A stretch of DNA of 64,000 bases from Paludibacteraceae bacterium (lineage in GTDB: Bacteria > Bacteroidota > Bacteroidia > Bacteroidales > Paludibacteraceae): contig JAZNPR010000010.1 in NCBI GenBank assembly GCA_045589755.1, positions 11,439 through 75,438 on the forward strand, read 5' to 3'. Positions 6,909 to 16,146 of this stretch are shown piece after piece. The position numbers were made by a program, and so were the translations under genes. The notes below the pieces were generated by a model, which ran no database searches, had not been told where the DNA came from, and saw only the letters and a list, made by a program, of their open reading frames with translations. Position 1 is the stretch's first letter, and each line of letters begins with the position of its first letter.

Positions 6909-8702
6909 ATGACCTACCAATGGAACATACGGCATTTGACTGCGGTGGAACAGGAGTCGCAACAGCAGTTGGAGCGCGAACTGAACATCAGTTCCGCTGC
7001 CGCGCGTATGTTGGTCGTACGAGGCATACAGACCGCCGATGAGGCACGCGCTTTTGTGCGCCCATCGCTGGACAATCTACATGACCCCTTCCTCATGAAG
7101 GACATGGACAAAGCCGTAGAGCGTCTGCACCAAGCCATCACACGAGGCGAGAAAATCCTCATCTACGGCGACTACGATGTGGACGGCACCACCGCCGTAG
7201 CGCTCATGTACCGTTTTTTGGAGGGGATAATGGATAATGGACCAATCGCCAATAGCCCGCAGGGCGTCCAATACCCAATAGGCGGAACGCCGTCCAATAT
7301 CGACTACTATATTCCCGACCGCTACACCGAAGGCTATGGCGTATCGCAACAGGGAATTGACTACGCAGCTGCACAAGGTTGCTCACTCATCATTACACTC
7401 GACTGCGGTATTAAGGCGGTAGAGAAAATCGCATATGCCAACAGCAAAGGCATTGATGTCATCGTTTGTGACCACCACACCCCTGGCGATGAACTCCCCG
7501 CAGCCGTAGCGGTGCTCAACATGAAGCGCCATGACTGCCCATACCCATACAAAGACCTTTCGGGTTGCGGTGTCGGTTTCAAACTGGCGCAAGCATATAC
7601 GCAACGCTACCTCGCCTCTCGCCTTTCGCCTAATAGCCTCATCGCCTTGTTGCCTCTCACTCAACTGCTAGCGATGTCTATCGCTTCGGACATTGTACCT
7701 ATCACAGGCGAAAACCGAATCTTGGCGCACTTCGGTATTCAGCAACTCAACACCCAACCTTTCACGGGTTTATCGGCAATCATGCAAGTGGCAGGTATTG
7801 AGGCAAAGAAGATAACAATCAATGAATTAGTATATAAGATTGGGCCGCGCATCAACGCTTGTGGACGCATGAAATCTGGTCGTGCAGCCGTAGAACTATT
7901 GCTCACCGACGACCCTGTTTTTGCACGCCAACAAGCCGAAGAAGTCAATCAGCACAACGATGACCGCCGCGACTGCGATACAGAAACTACCAAAGAGGCA
8001 TTGCTACAATTGCAAGACGACCCTGCCTTCGCTAACCGCCGCTCGACCGTAGTCTATGCCCCTCATTGGCACAAAGGAGTTGTGGGTATTGTGGCATCAC
8101 GTTTGACCGAAACCTACTACCGTCCTACTATCGTTCTCACCGCAGGCGAGGATGGTATCATCTCAGGCTCGGCTCGTTCGGTAGGAGGATTTGATATCTA
8201 TGCTGCTATTGATTCGTGCCATGACTTGCTCACTAACTTTGGCGGACATAAATACGCTGCGGGACTCAGTATGCACATCAATGACCTGCCTGAGTTTAAG
8301 CAGCGTTTTGAGGCATACGTAGTTGCCCATATACAGCCCAATCAGTTGCAACCCACATTGGATATTGAGGCAGAATTGCAATTGGGTGATATTACCAAGC
8401 AGTTCTACAACGTGTTGCGCCATTTGGAGCCCTTCGGCCCAGGCAATCCGCGTCCGCTGTTTGTGTCGCGCCGACTGATCAATCACCGCGACACGCGTGC
8501 TGTAGGCAAAGAGCGTGAGCATTTGCGCTTGGACGTTACCGACCGCATGAATGCCATCACTGGCATCGCCTTCGGGCGTGCCGACATGGCAGAGTATATC
8601 CAAAACGGCAACGCCGTGGACATCTGCTACGAACTTAACGAAAATACATTCAACCACTATACCACCATCCAAATGATGGTACAAGATATTAAGCCATCCT
8701 AA
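6909..8702 (+). CDS. recJ: single-stranded-DNA-specific exonuclease RecJ
   Basis: DHH-family motifs IYGDYDVDGTT, DRYTEGYG, LIITLDCG, VCDHH, and the DHHA1 motif GGHKYAAG. The start is set at MTYQWNIRHL, just after the promoter box. Confidence 0.9.
   Translation: MTYQWNIRHLTAVEQESQQQLERELNISSAAARMLVVRGIQTADEARAFVRPSLDNLHDPFLMKDMDKAVERLHQAITRGEKILIYGDYDVDGTTAVALMYRFLEGIMDNGPIANSPQGVQYPIGGTPSNIDYYIPDRYTEGYGVSQQGIDYAAAQGCSLIITLDCGIKAVEKIAYANSKGIDVIVCDHHTPGDELPAAVAVLNMKRHDCPYPYKDLSGCGVGFKLAQAYTQRYLASRLSPNSLIALLPLTQLLAMSIASDIVPITGENRILAHFGIQQLNTQPFTGLSAIMQVAGIEAKKITINELVYKIGPRINACGRMKSGRAAVELLLTDDPVFARQQAEEVNQHNDDRRDCDTETTKEALLQLQDDPAFANRRSTVVYAPHWHKGVVGIVASRLTETYYRPTIVLTAGEDGIISGSARSVGGFDIYAAIDSCHDLLTNFGGHKYAAGLSMHINDLPEFKQRFEAYVVAHIQPNQLQPTLDIEAELQLGDITKQFYNVLRHLEPFGPGNPRPLFVSRRLINHRDTRAVGKEREHLRLDVTDRMNAITGIAFGRADMAEYIQNGNAVDICYELNENTFNHYTTIQMMVQDIKPS
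7225..7300 (+). repeat. interspersed 'CCAATA/GGCGGAACGCC' repeat element inserted in frame in recJ
   Basis: ggataatggataatggaccaatcgccaatagcccgcagggcgtccaatacccaataggcggaacgccgtccaatat. A 52-bp core recurs almost identically at 42869-42920. It encodes GIMDNGPIANSPQGVQYPIGGTPSN, about 22 aa that E. coli RecJ lacks between ...SLG and NIDY. Confidence 0.8.
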
Positions 8703-8750
8703 ATGGCAGGATGCCTCTTTGAGGCTATAGGACGGTGCAGGGCACCTAAG

Positions 8751-8852
8751 GGATAATGGACGCTCGCATGCGAGCTAATGGATAATGGTCCAATCCCCAA
8801 TAGGCGGAACGCCGTCCATTAGCGAAGCGTCCATTAGCAAAGCGTCCAATAA
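8751..8852 (+). repeat. intergenic copy of the same repeat family
   Basis: ggataatggacgctcgcatgcgagctaatggataatggtccaatccccaataggcggaacgccgtccattagcgaagcgtccattagcaaagcgtccaata. Contains the palindrome gctcgcatgcgagc and the hairpin ggcg-gaa-cgcc. Confidence 0.8.
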
Positions 8853-8864
8853 CAACAAAAAGAT

Positions 8865-9458
8865 ATGTTTAGTGAATTAGAGACCAAAGGTCCTCGTCTG
8901 CGTCGAGGCAGTATAGAAGTAGTTTGCGGAAGTATGTTCTCGGGTAAGACCGAAGAACTCATCCGCCGTATGAAACGCGCACAGTTTGCCAAGCTCAAAG
9001 TGGAAATCTTCAAACCCGCTATCGACGTGCGCTATAGCGAAGCCGAAGTGGTCAGCCATGACCGCAACGCCATCCAATCCACACCTGTGGATAGCAGCCA
9101 AAACATCCTCCTCATGGCAAGTGATGTGGATGTCGTTGGCATCGACGAAGCACAGTTCTTCGACATGGGCATCGTAGAGGTAGCCAACGAACTTGCTCGC
9201 CGCGGCATTCGTGTCATTTGTGCAGGCTTGGACATGGACTTCAAGGGCGTACCCTTCGGCCCAATGCCCGCATTGATGGCTATCGCTGATGATGTGTACA
9301 AGACCCACGCTATCTGCGTACATTGTGGCGACTTGGCATATGTCAGCCACCGTACTGTCAGCAGCGACAAACGTGTCCTCCTCGGAGAGACCGAGAGCTA
9401 CGAACCGCTCTGCCGTGCTTGCTACGAGAAAGCCAAAGCGCAGGAGACGGTGGGGTAG
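8865..9458 (+). CDS. tdk: thymidine kinase
   Basis: P-loop [23 protein letters not shown], and the C-terminal zinc ribbon CxxCG...CRxC. Confidence 0.9.
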   Translation: MFSELETKGPRLRRGSIEVVCGSMFSGKTEELIRRMKRAQFAKLKVEIFKPAIDVRYSEAEVVSHDRNAIQSTPVDSSQNILLMASDVDVVGIDEAQFFDMGIVEVANELARRGIRVICAGLDMDFKGVPFGPMPALMAIADDVYKTHAICVHCGDLAYVSHRTVSSDKRVLLGETESYEPLCRACYEKAKAQETVG

Positions 9459-9475
9459 TGGGGATTGATACAGAT

Positions 9476-9509
9476 AAAAAATGAGTTGGATATTCCAACT
9501 CATTTTTTG
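9476..9509. terminator. bidirectional rho-independent terminator
   Basis: aaaaaatGAGTTGGAtattTCCAACTCatttttt: an 8-bp stem flanked by an A run and a T run. It sits between the convergent genes tdk and 9547..10464. Confidence 0.75.
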
Positions 9510-9546
9510 TTTCCGCGCCTCTCGCCTTTAGCCTCATCACCTAACA

Positions 9547-10464
9547 TCACCACTCTCCTACAGGAAGGCTATTCTGGGGCACCAAAACAGTATCGGTAGT
9601 CTCGCCTATCCATGTGAAGCGATAGATGTTATAAATGTTTCTCGGTAATGGAAATTTCAGCGGAGCATCAAGAGCCGCCATTGCGGTGTAATAGGTAGTA
9701 CCTTCTTTAAAATAGGTAGCGGAAGTGCCGTCGCTGACACCATTATTCTCGTGCGCATATATACCATATAATATACGCTCGTAGTCTTCATGATATACAT
9801 GCTTAAAGCGCTCAAAAAAGTATTCACCAGGACTATTCCAACCACCATCACGAATACTGACACTATCTATAGTCTCACCCACCCAAGGGATGGTAGAAAT
9901 GATTTCACCCATAGAATCTGTCGGGTAAATATAATCCCAATAGCCATCTATACGATACTCAAATTGAACAGGTATTCTACTTGTACTATCTGTGGTAATA
10001 GTTTCCACGAAGAGTTTGCCCGCAGGCTTATTCGTTATTGGATCAACTACAAAAGCATATACCCAATACTCGGTATTAGGGTGCAATAGCGTGAAGAAGT
10101 GTTTAATATTACCATATTGCAGCGAGTGGGATGGAAAATCCGCTACGAAAGGTATAAGTTGTTGCAACTGCTTATTGCGCCAATAGAGGTAGTCCGCATA
10201 TGCGCTATCCAGCGATAAAAGCATAAACGTCTTGGCTATCTTTTGTGGATCAATATCTTCTCTCGTAGGTTGGATACTGATCAAGTAAAACGCTTCTTTA
10301 TTAGTGGAAAAACGCACTTGTGCAAAGCCTGCCGATACTTGCTCTACATCAATCGTAATCTCTACGCCCTCAGTATAAGCCACAGCATTGGGGTTACATG
10401 CTGCCAATACAGCGCAAAGAACGATGGGCAATAGGCGACGGATATTAGAAACTAAAGTTGCCAT
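9547..10464 (-). CDS. lipoprotein, function unknown
   Basis: 305 aa with a lipobox-type signal (VLCAVLAAC-NPN). Its start overlaps the end of the upstream gene, suggesting an operon. Confidence 0.6.
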   Translation of the reverse strand: MATLVSNIRRLLPIVLCAVLAACNPNAVAYTEGVEITIDVEQVSAGFAQVRFSTNKEAFYLISIQPTREDIDPQKIAKTFMLLSLDSAYADYLYWRNKQLQQLIPFVADFPSHSLQYGNIKHFFTLLHPNTEYWVYAFVVDPITNKPAGKLFVETITTDSTSRIPVQFEYRIDGYWDYIYPTDSMGEIISTIPWVGETIDSVSIRDGGWNSPGEYFFERFKHVYHEDYERILYGIYAHENNGVSDGTSATYFKEGTTYYTAMAALDAPLKFPLPRNIYNIYRFTWIGETTDTVLVPQNSLPVGEW

Positions 10465-11761
10465 TTTCTTCTTTTTCGTCGTTTTCTAATAAGGTTTGTA
10501 CAGTATAAATAAATCGAATACAACCTATCTGATGGTTGCCATAATGACCAAAACTATATTGGATATTTGCATTTTTCCACTTACTCTTAGCACGCATAGC
10601 ATTCTCAAATGGTACCACATCATCATCCATAGAGTGAAACATGAATACAGGTGCCTCTGGTGTCCATGAATACGTAAGGATAGAGTTCTCTGTCATGGCT
10701 TTATATAGTTCCGACACCTCTTTGCTAGTACGGTCTCTACCCACTTTGGTAAGCAGTTCGCTTGTGACTTTTGTTCCAATCAATGCGTTGATTTGGTTCG
10801 TGGTGTAGAGTTTGCTATTTACCCATTTGTCCAAGTTTCTATAGATATGCCTTGCCATCAGTTTACTCATGTCCAAATTGAGTTTGTTTCCGACCACCAT
10901 TCCCTGCATCATGATAGGCACAGCGCATGGATAGGATGCCCAATCTGTTTCCACAAATTGGTCATAGGTATATTTGATGTCATATGGGCCTCCACCTGCA
11001 AAGACACGTCTAATCTTAATCGGCTCATCGTGGTGTTCTATCGCATGTTGTACTGCCATCGTGGTTGCACCTCCCTGCGAATAGCCCATTAGGTATATGT
11101 CATCGTGTTCGGGGGCGCAACCCGCTTTTTCCATAAATGGTACCACAGCGTAGTACATATCCAGCACATTGCGTGCCGTGAGCTCCATCACTAGATACGG
11201 GTGTACTTTATCCACTGTGACACCATATCCGATGTAGTCGGGTATAATCAATGCATAGCCCAATTTGACTAATAGTCCTTCTAGCGAGAAGATATTACTT
11301 GGAGCTTCTCTATCGCTGGCAATAGTGTAGTGCGATACGAGTATGTATCGTTTGATGGGGCCTTTGGCTGGCAAAATCACTTTGCCTGATAGCAGGATAG
11401 GGTTATTATCCACGTCCACCGATTCATACACGCCACTCACCTCAATAGCCGTAGCCGCTTTGCTAAAGTCTAGCAATTCTTGCATGATATTCGCAACGGA
11501 TGTAGATGTGGCTCGTTGAGGATTAGTCACGCCTGCCACATTTGCTTGTGGCGTGGCAGTTGTGTCTGTAACACCCCATAATGCCAACATATCGGGGTCA
11601 TTACTTAGTTCTTGCAGGTCGGTTGTTTTTTGTGTTATCACACGAAACGTGCTGTTTTCAGCCATGCCCAAATTTGCGAAATCGACATAACGCACTTCGC
11701 CTTTATAACATCCTGTTAGCAACAGAAAAAACAGATATGCAACAATGATATAGCGATTCAT
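10445..11761 (-). CDS. alpha/beta-hydrolase lipoprotein (lipase/esterase-like)
   Basis: 438 aa, lipobox LLLTGC, nucleophile elbow GYSQGG, acidic and His residues late in the sequence (HSMDDDVVP, FGHYGNH). Confidence 0.6.
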   Translation of the reverse strand: MNRYIIVAYLFFLLLTGCYKGEVRYVDFANLGMAENSTFRVITQKTTDLQELSNDPDMLALWGVTDTTATPQANVAGVTNPQRATSTSVANIMQELLDFSKAATAIEVSGVYESVDVDNNPILLSGKVILPAKGPIKRYILVSHYTIASDREAPSNIFSLEGLLVKLGYALIIPDYIGYGVTVDKVHPYLVMELTARNVLDMYYAVVPFMEKAGCAPEHDDIYLMGYSQGGATTMAVQHAIEHHDEPIKIRRVFAGGGPYDIKYTYDQFVETDWASYPCAVPIMMQGMVVGNKLNLDMSKLMARHIYRNLDKWVNSKLYTTNQINALIGTKVTSELLTKVGRDRTSKEVSELYKAMTENSILTYSWTPEAPVFMFHSMDDDVVPFENAMRAKSKWKNANIQYSFGHYGNHQIGCIRFIYTVQTLLENDEKEENGNFSF

Positions 11762-11778
11762 ATTCTCTAATCTATTCT

Positions 11779-12579
11779 TTAAAATCTACAACCGACCGAG
11801 GCGGTAAACATGCGTGAACCTGCCAAATAGACTTCGTTGATATTTATCAGCGAATATAATCCACCAAACTCCACTGCACCAAACCACCGTTCGTTACCTA
11901 CACTCATTCCTAGAACTGTGAGGCTTAATGCAGGTGCTAACGCCGTCTTTCGATCACGATAGTCTATTTCTGAACCAGTATTGACATTCACGCCTGCACC
12001 TAGTCCCGAATACAGCGACACATATTTGGAGTGCATATATGTGAATCGTGTAGTGAGCATGATGGCTATGTTATGGAAGTCGCAGTTCTTGTCTCGCCCA
12101 ACCTCCTCGCCTCTGCCATTGCGACGAACCTTATCCCATATCACACCACTATAATCTACCATGATACCTACGTTAAACCAATACCGAACGCGATACTGAT
12201 ATTCTGCAAACCAATGTTGTACATAGCGATATTCTTCGTTGTATTCTCCTATGTATGATTCAGGGTAAATCGTAGGGTGTGACTGATTGTACCATATCAG
12301 GGATTCGAATATCTGGTCGCCCCAACCAATGCGCAGTTGATGAGGATATCTGCGAGCTATAGAACGCAAATCCTGACGTACAGAATCGCGCATGCTGCGA
12401 ATGTTCATATACATGTTACCTCGTGCTACGCGCATGCTATGCTTCAGCGAATCACGTATGTGGCGTATATCCGACCTGTAATAGAGCGTGTCGGCACTGT
12501 GCGTATCAGCTACCACTGACACTGCACAGCACATCCATAACAGAAAAACGACTCCTATTTTTTGATACCACGACATCAC
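11779..12579 (-). CDS. putative outer-membrane beta-barrel protein
   Basis: Signal peptide, alternating hydrophobic strands in the C-terminal half, and a terminal aromatic residue (..SVGCRF). Its ATG overlaps the pepD stop. Confidence 0.5.
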   Translation of the reverse strand: MMSWYQKIGVVFLLWMCCAVSVVADTHSADTLYYRSDIRHIRDSLKHSMRVARGNMYMNIRSMRDSVRQDLRSIARRYPHQLRIGWGDQIFESLIWYNQSHPTIYPESYIGEYNEEYRYVQHWFAEYQYRVRYWFNVGIMVDYSGVIWDKVRRNGRGEEVGRDKNCDFHNIAIMLTTRFTYMHSKYVSLYSGLGAGVNVNTGSEIDYRDRKTALAPALSLTVLGMSVGNERWFGAVEFGGLYSLININEVYLAGSRMFTASVGCRF

Positions 12580-14015
12580 AACGCTTTCAGTGTGGCAAGC
12601 AAGAAATCATAGAACTTCTCCACCGATGCAATGTTCACGCGCTCATCGGGTGAGTGAGGATACTTGATGGTAGGACCAAACGAAATCATATCCATGCCAG
12701 GGTAGTTTCTTCCAATGATACCGCACTCCAATCCTGCGTGGATAATAATCACGCGTGGCTCAATGCCATAGTTGGTTTGGTAAGTGCTCTTCATTACGTC
12801 CAAGATATGGCTCTTGAGGTTTGGCTTCCATCCTGGATACGAACCCGAGAACTCTACTTCTGCACCTGCCATGGCGAATACGGATTGGATAATCTCCTGC
12901 AACTCCTCCTTGCGTGATTCTACTGACGAACGAGTCAAGCACATCACAGTCACGCAGTCCTCTGCGGTGGTCAACATCGCCAGGTTGTTGCTTGTCTCTA
13001 CCACATCTGGCATTTCTGGTATCACGCGATATACGCCGTGCGGGCAAGCGGTGATAGCATGAATCAAAAAGTCTTGTACATCCTCTGGTAACTCGGTTGC
13101 AGGACATGCCACCTCCTCTGCGGTCAAGCGGATATTGTCCTCTACACCGTCATATTCTGCTACAAACAAGTCTTCACATTCTGCCACCAAATCCATAATG
13201 TCTTCCACACCTTCAGCAGGTACGGTGATGATAGCTGATGCCTCGCGTGGGATAGCGTTGCGCAAACTGCCACCCTCTACACTTGCCAAACGTGCCTCGT
13301 AATTCGCTACTGCCTCTTTCAAGAAGCGGAACAGCAGTTTGTTGGCATTAGCGCGTTGCAAGTGAATATCGCAACCCGAGTGACCGCCCTTGCAACCTGT
13401 GATGCTCACTTTCACTGCTACATCGCCTTCTTCCACTTCTACTGGCGTGTAGGCAAACTTAGCGGTAGTGTCCACACCACCTGCACAACCTACATACAAT
13501 TCGCCTTCGGCTTCAGAGTCCAGATTGAGCAATGTCTTGCCTTGCAGCATACCACCTTCCAATGCAAATGCACCATACATGCCAGTCTCCTCATCTACTG
13601 TCACCAACATCTCCAGTGGAGGGTGCACCGCGTTCTTATCCGCCAAAATAGCCATCGCAGCGGCTACGCCGATACCATTGTCAGCACCTAAGGTAGTACC
13701 TTTGGCTGTTACCCATTCGCCATCAATATATGCTTCGATAGGGTCTTTCTCAAAGTCAAAAATGGTATCGTTATTCTTTTGTGGCACCATGTCCATATGG
13801 CCTTGAAGAATCACGCCTGGGTGATTTTCATAACCTGCGCTGGCTGGTTTGCGAATAATCACATTGCCTATGCTATCAACAATGGTTTCCAAGCCCAATG
13901 AACGACCAAATTCTGCCAAAAAAGCAGATACTTCTTCTTTCTTTCCCGATGGACGGGGGATTTGTGTCAGGCTATGGAAATTGCTCCATACAGCCTGTGG
14001 TTGTAAATTTTTCAT
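12576..14015 (-). CDS. pepD: aminoacyl-histidine dipeptidase (Xaa-His dipeptidase, M20C)
   Basis: 479 aa. The N-terminus LQPQAVWSNFHSLTQIPRPSGKKEEV, and GHMDMVPQK, GADNGIG, TVDEETGM are all typical of PepD. Confidence 0.85.
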   Translation of the reverse strand: MKNLQPQAVWSNFHSLTQIPRPSGKKEEVSAFLAEFGRSLGLETIVDSIGNVIIRKPASAGYENHPGVILQGHMDMVPQKNNDTIFDFEKDPIEAYIDGEWVTAKGTTLGADNGIGVAAAMAILADKNAVHPPLEMLVTVDEETGMYGAFALEGGMLQGKTLLNLDSEAEGELYVGCAGGVDTTAKFAYTPVEVEEGDVAVKVSITGCKGGHSGCDIHLQRANANKLLFRFLKEAVANYEARLASVEGGSLRNAIPREASAIITVPAEGVEDIMDLVAECEDLFVAEYDGVEDNIRLTAEEVACPATELPEDVQDFLIHAITACPHGVYRVIPEMPDVVETSNNLAMLTTAEDCVTVMCLTRSSVESRKEELQEIIQSVFAMAGAEVEFSGSYPGWKPNLKSHILDVMKSTYQTNYGIEPRVIIIHAGLECGIIGRNYPGMDMISFGPTIKYPHSPDERVNIASVEKFYDFLLATLKAL

Positions 14016-14050
14016 TATTTCTCCTTCCTTTAAACTTTAAACTCTAAACA

Positions 14051-15082
14051 CTAAACTACTGTCATCTCCCCACATAGGGATACCGACAGCATTTTCTTTA
14101 CTTTTGCTAGATCATCGCCGTGCTCTCCCAATACATGCATCATCTTGGTTAGCAACGCTTCGGTGGTGATGTCATAACCCGATATTACCCCTGCTTTCAA
14201 CAAGTTCAGACTCACAGCATATTGTCCCATGCTCACTGAACCTGTATTACATTGTGTCTTATTCACAATCACCACACCGCGCTCTACTGCATTGCGCAGG
14301 TGTTCGTACAACCATTCGTGAGTAGGCGCATTGCCCGAACCAAATGTTTCTAATACTACGCCACGCAAATCGGGTATATCCAATATGGCAGATACTACCG
14401 ATTCCGTAATTCCAGGGAATAACTTCAGTATTGCTACGTGCGTGTCAAATCGCTTGTACACGTGCAATCCGCGTGCTAGATTACCTGCTGCTTGTATTAG
14501 ATTTTTGTTGTAGGTGATATGTACTCCAGCCCGCGCAAGTGCAGGATAATTGTACGAATTAAAGGCTGAGAAATGCTCTGCATTGCGTTTGGTAGTACGA
14601 TTACCTCGATATAACTCGCCATCCATATATACTGTTACTTCGGGCACGATAGGCAGACCATTGGGGTCGTATGCCCCTGCAATCTCTATGGCTGTTAGCA
14701 GATTTTCTTTTGCATCAGAGCGTAAAACACCCACAGGTAATTGGCTACCAGTAAATACAACAGGTTTACATAGGTTATCCAGCATGAAACTCAGTGCGGA
14801 TGCCGAATAAGCCATCGTGTCGGTACCGTGCAAAATGACAAAACCATCGTAGGCATCATAGTGGTCAGAAACCATTTGTGCCATTTGTAGCCAATTATCT
14901 GGATTCAAGTCCGATGAATCAAGCAATGGCTCAAAAGGTATCATATCCACGTGAATGTCACCTGCAAATAATTCGGGAACAAACGCCTTGAATGTTTGCA
15001 TATCTGCGGGATGTAGAGCCCCAGTATGCAAGTCACGAACCATAGAGATTGTACCTCCTGTAAAAATGAGCAATACTTTCAT
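14051..15082 (-). CDS. ansA: type I L-asparaginase
   Basis: MKVLLIFTGGTISM (catalytic Thr motif), HGTDTMAYSA, 343 aa, no signal peptide. Confidence 0.85.
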   Translation of the reverse strand: MKVLLIFTGGTISMVRDLHTGALHPADMQTFKAFVPELFAGDIHVDMIPFEPLLDSSDLNPDNWLQMAQMVSDHYDAYDGFVILHGTDTMAYSASALSFMLDNLCKPVVFTGSQLPVGVLRSDAKENLLTAIEIAGAYDPNGLPIVPEVTVYMDGELYRGNRTTKRNAEHFSAFNSYNYPALARAGVHITYNKNLIQAAGNLARGLHVYKRFDTHVAILKLFPGITESVVSAILDIPDLRGVVLETFGSGNAPTHEWLYEHLRNAVERGVVIVNKTQCNTGSVSMGQYAVSLNLLKAGVISGYDITTEALLTKMMHVLGEHGDDLAKVKKMLSVSLCGEMTVV

Positions 15083-15218
15083 GGTGCAAAATTTTGATAC
15101 AAAGGTACAGCTTTTTTTTTGTTCTTACAAATTATTGTTTAACTTTTTTCTCTTTTGATTGTTTTTACCTTTTTGGCACGGTATTTGTGTTGGTAAAGGT
15201 AAACTAGTATTTAGCTTT

Positions 15219-15896
15219 ATGACAACACATATATTGATTATTGAAGATGACGTTACGTTGAGTACTGTTCTTGCCGATTTTTTACGTGGCAAGGGATACG
15301 TAGTGGAAACCGCTAATAACGGCGAAGAGGGATGGAATATGGCTAATAAGAGTCATTACGACCTTTTGTTGTCGGACATCATGATGCCTCGTATGAATGG
15401 TTGGCAGTTGTTGAAAGCCTTACGTGATAATAATAATTTTGTTCCGTTCATTTTTTTGACAGCTAAAATTGACCGTGAAGATATTATTCGCGGCTACGAA
15501 TTAGGATGTGATGACTATGTACTAAAGCCTTATTCGTTGGATATCCTTGTTTGCAAAATGGAGGCCGTGCTACGGCGCTGTAGAATGCAAAAGGAGAATA
15601 GTGATACTGAATTCGAATTAAACGGCAAACGTTTTGACAGTGTCCGCCAAACATTGGATGGAAAGCATCTTAGTACGCGTGAAAATGAATTGTTGTTGAT
15701 TCTTTGCCAAAATATGGGCAAGTTGGTTGAGCGTAATCGCATTTTGATGAGTCTTTGGGGAAGCGATACCTATTTCAATGCCCGCTCGTTGAGTGTATAT
15801 GTCAATCACCTTCGTAATTATATAGGTAAAGATAGTCCCGTTAAAATTTACAGCGTACACGGGAAAGGGTATAAACTGGTTATAATGAATGAATAA
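15219..15896 (+). CDS. OmpR/PhoB-type response regulator (no adjacent kinase)
   Basis: REC domain (ILIIEDD..., LLLSDIMMP, LTAK) plus a winged-helix C-terminus (LSTRENELLLIL..., VHGKGYKL). The start is set at MTTHILIIEDD; the 20 upstream codons of the track ORF are probably not translated. Confidence 0.85.
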   Translation: MTTHILIIEDDVTLSTVLADFLRGKGYVVETANNGEEGWNMANKSHYDLLLSDIMMPRMNGWQLLKALRDNNNFVPFIFLTAKIDREDIIRGYELGCDDYVLKPYSLDILVCKMEAVLRRCRMQKENSDTEFELNGKRFDSVRQTLDGKHLSTRENELLLILCQNMGKLVERNRILMSLWGSDTYFNARSLSVYVNHLRNYIGKDSPVKIYSVHGKGYKLVIMNE

Positions 15897-16130
15897 ATGT
15901 ATAAAAACATTTTTTTTATCATTAGTTTTTGAAAGTTTGGCACAGTTTTTGTGAAAATATTTTTGAACATGTGCAACGCAAAGCGCAAGTAATTGTGTTA
16001 TTTAATAAATAGTGTTTTTCATAATGGAAAAAGAGTTCGATGTGATATCGCGCTCTTTTTTTCTTGCCCATACCCCATACCCATTACCCCATATCCAACA
16101 AAAAAATTTGCACACATGCAAAATTTTTAC

Positions 16131-16138
16131 TACCTTTG
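16131..16138 (+). promoter_or_regulatory. -7 box TACCTTTG for priA
   Basis: Exact match 9 nt upstream of the ATG at 16147. Confidence 0.55.
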
Positions 16139-16146
16139 CAGCAGAA

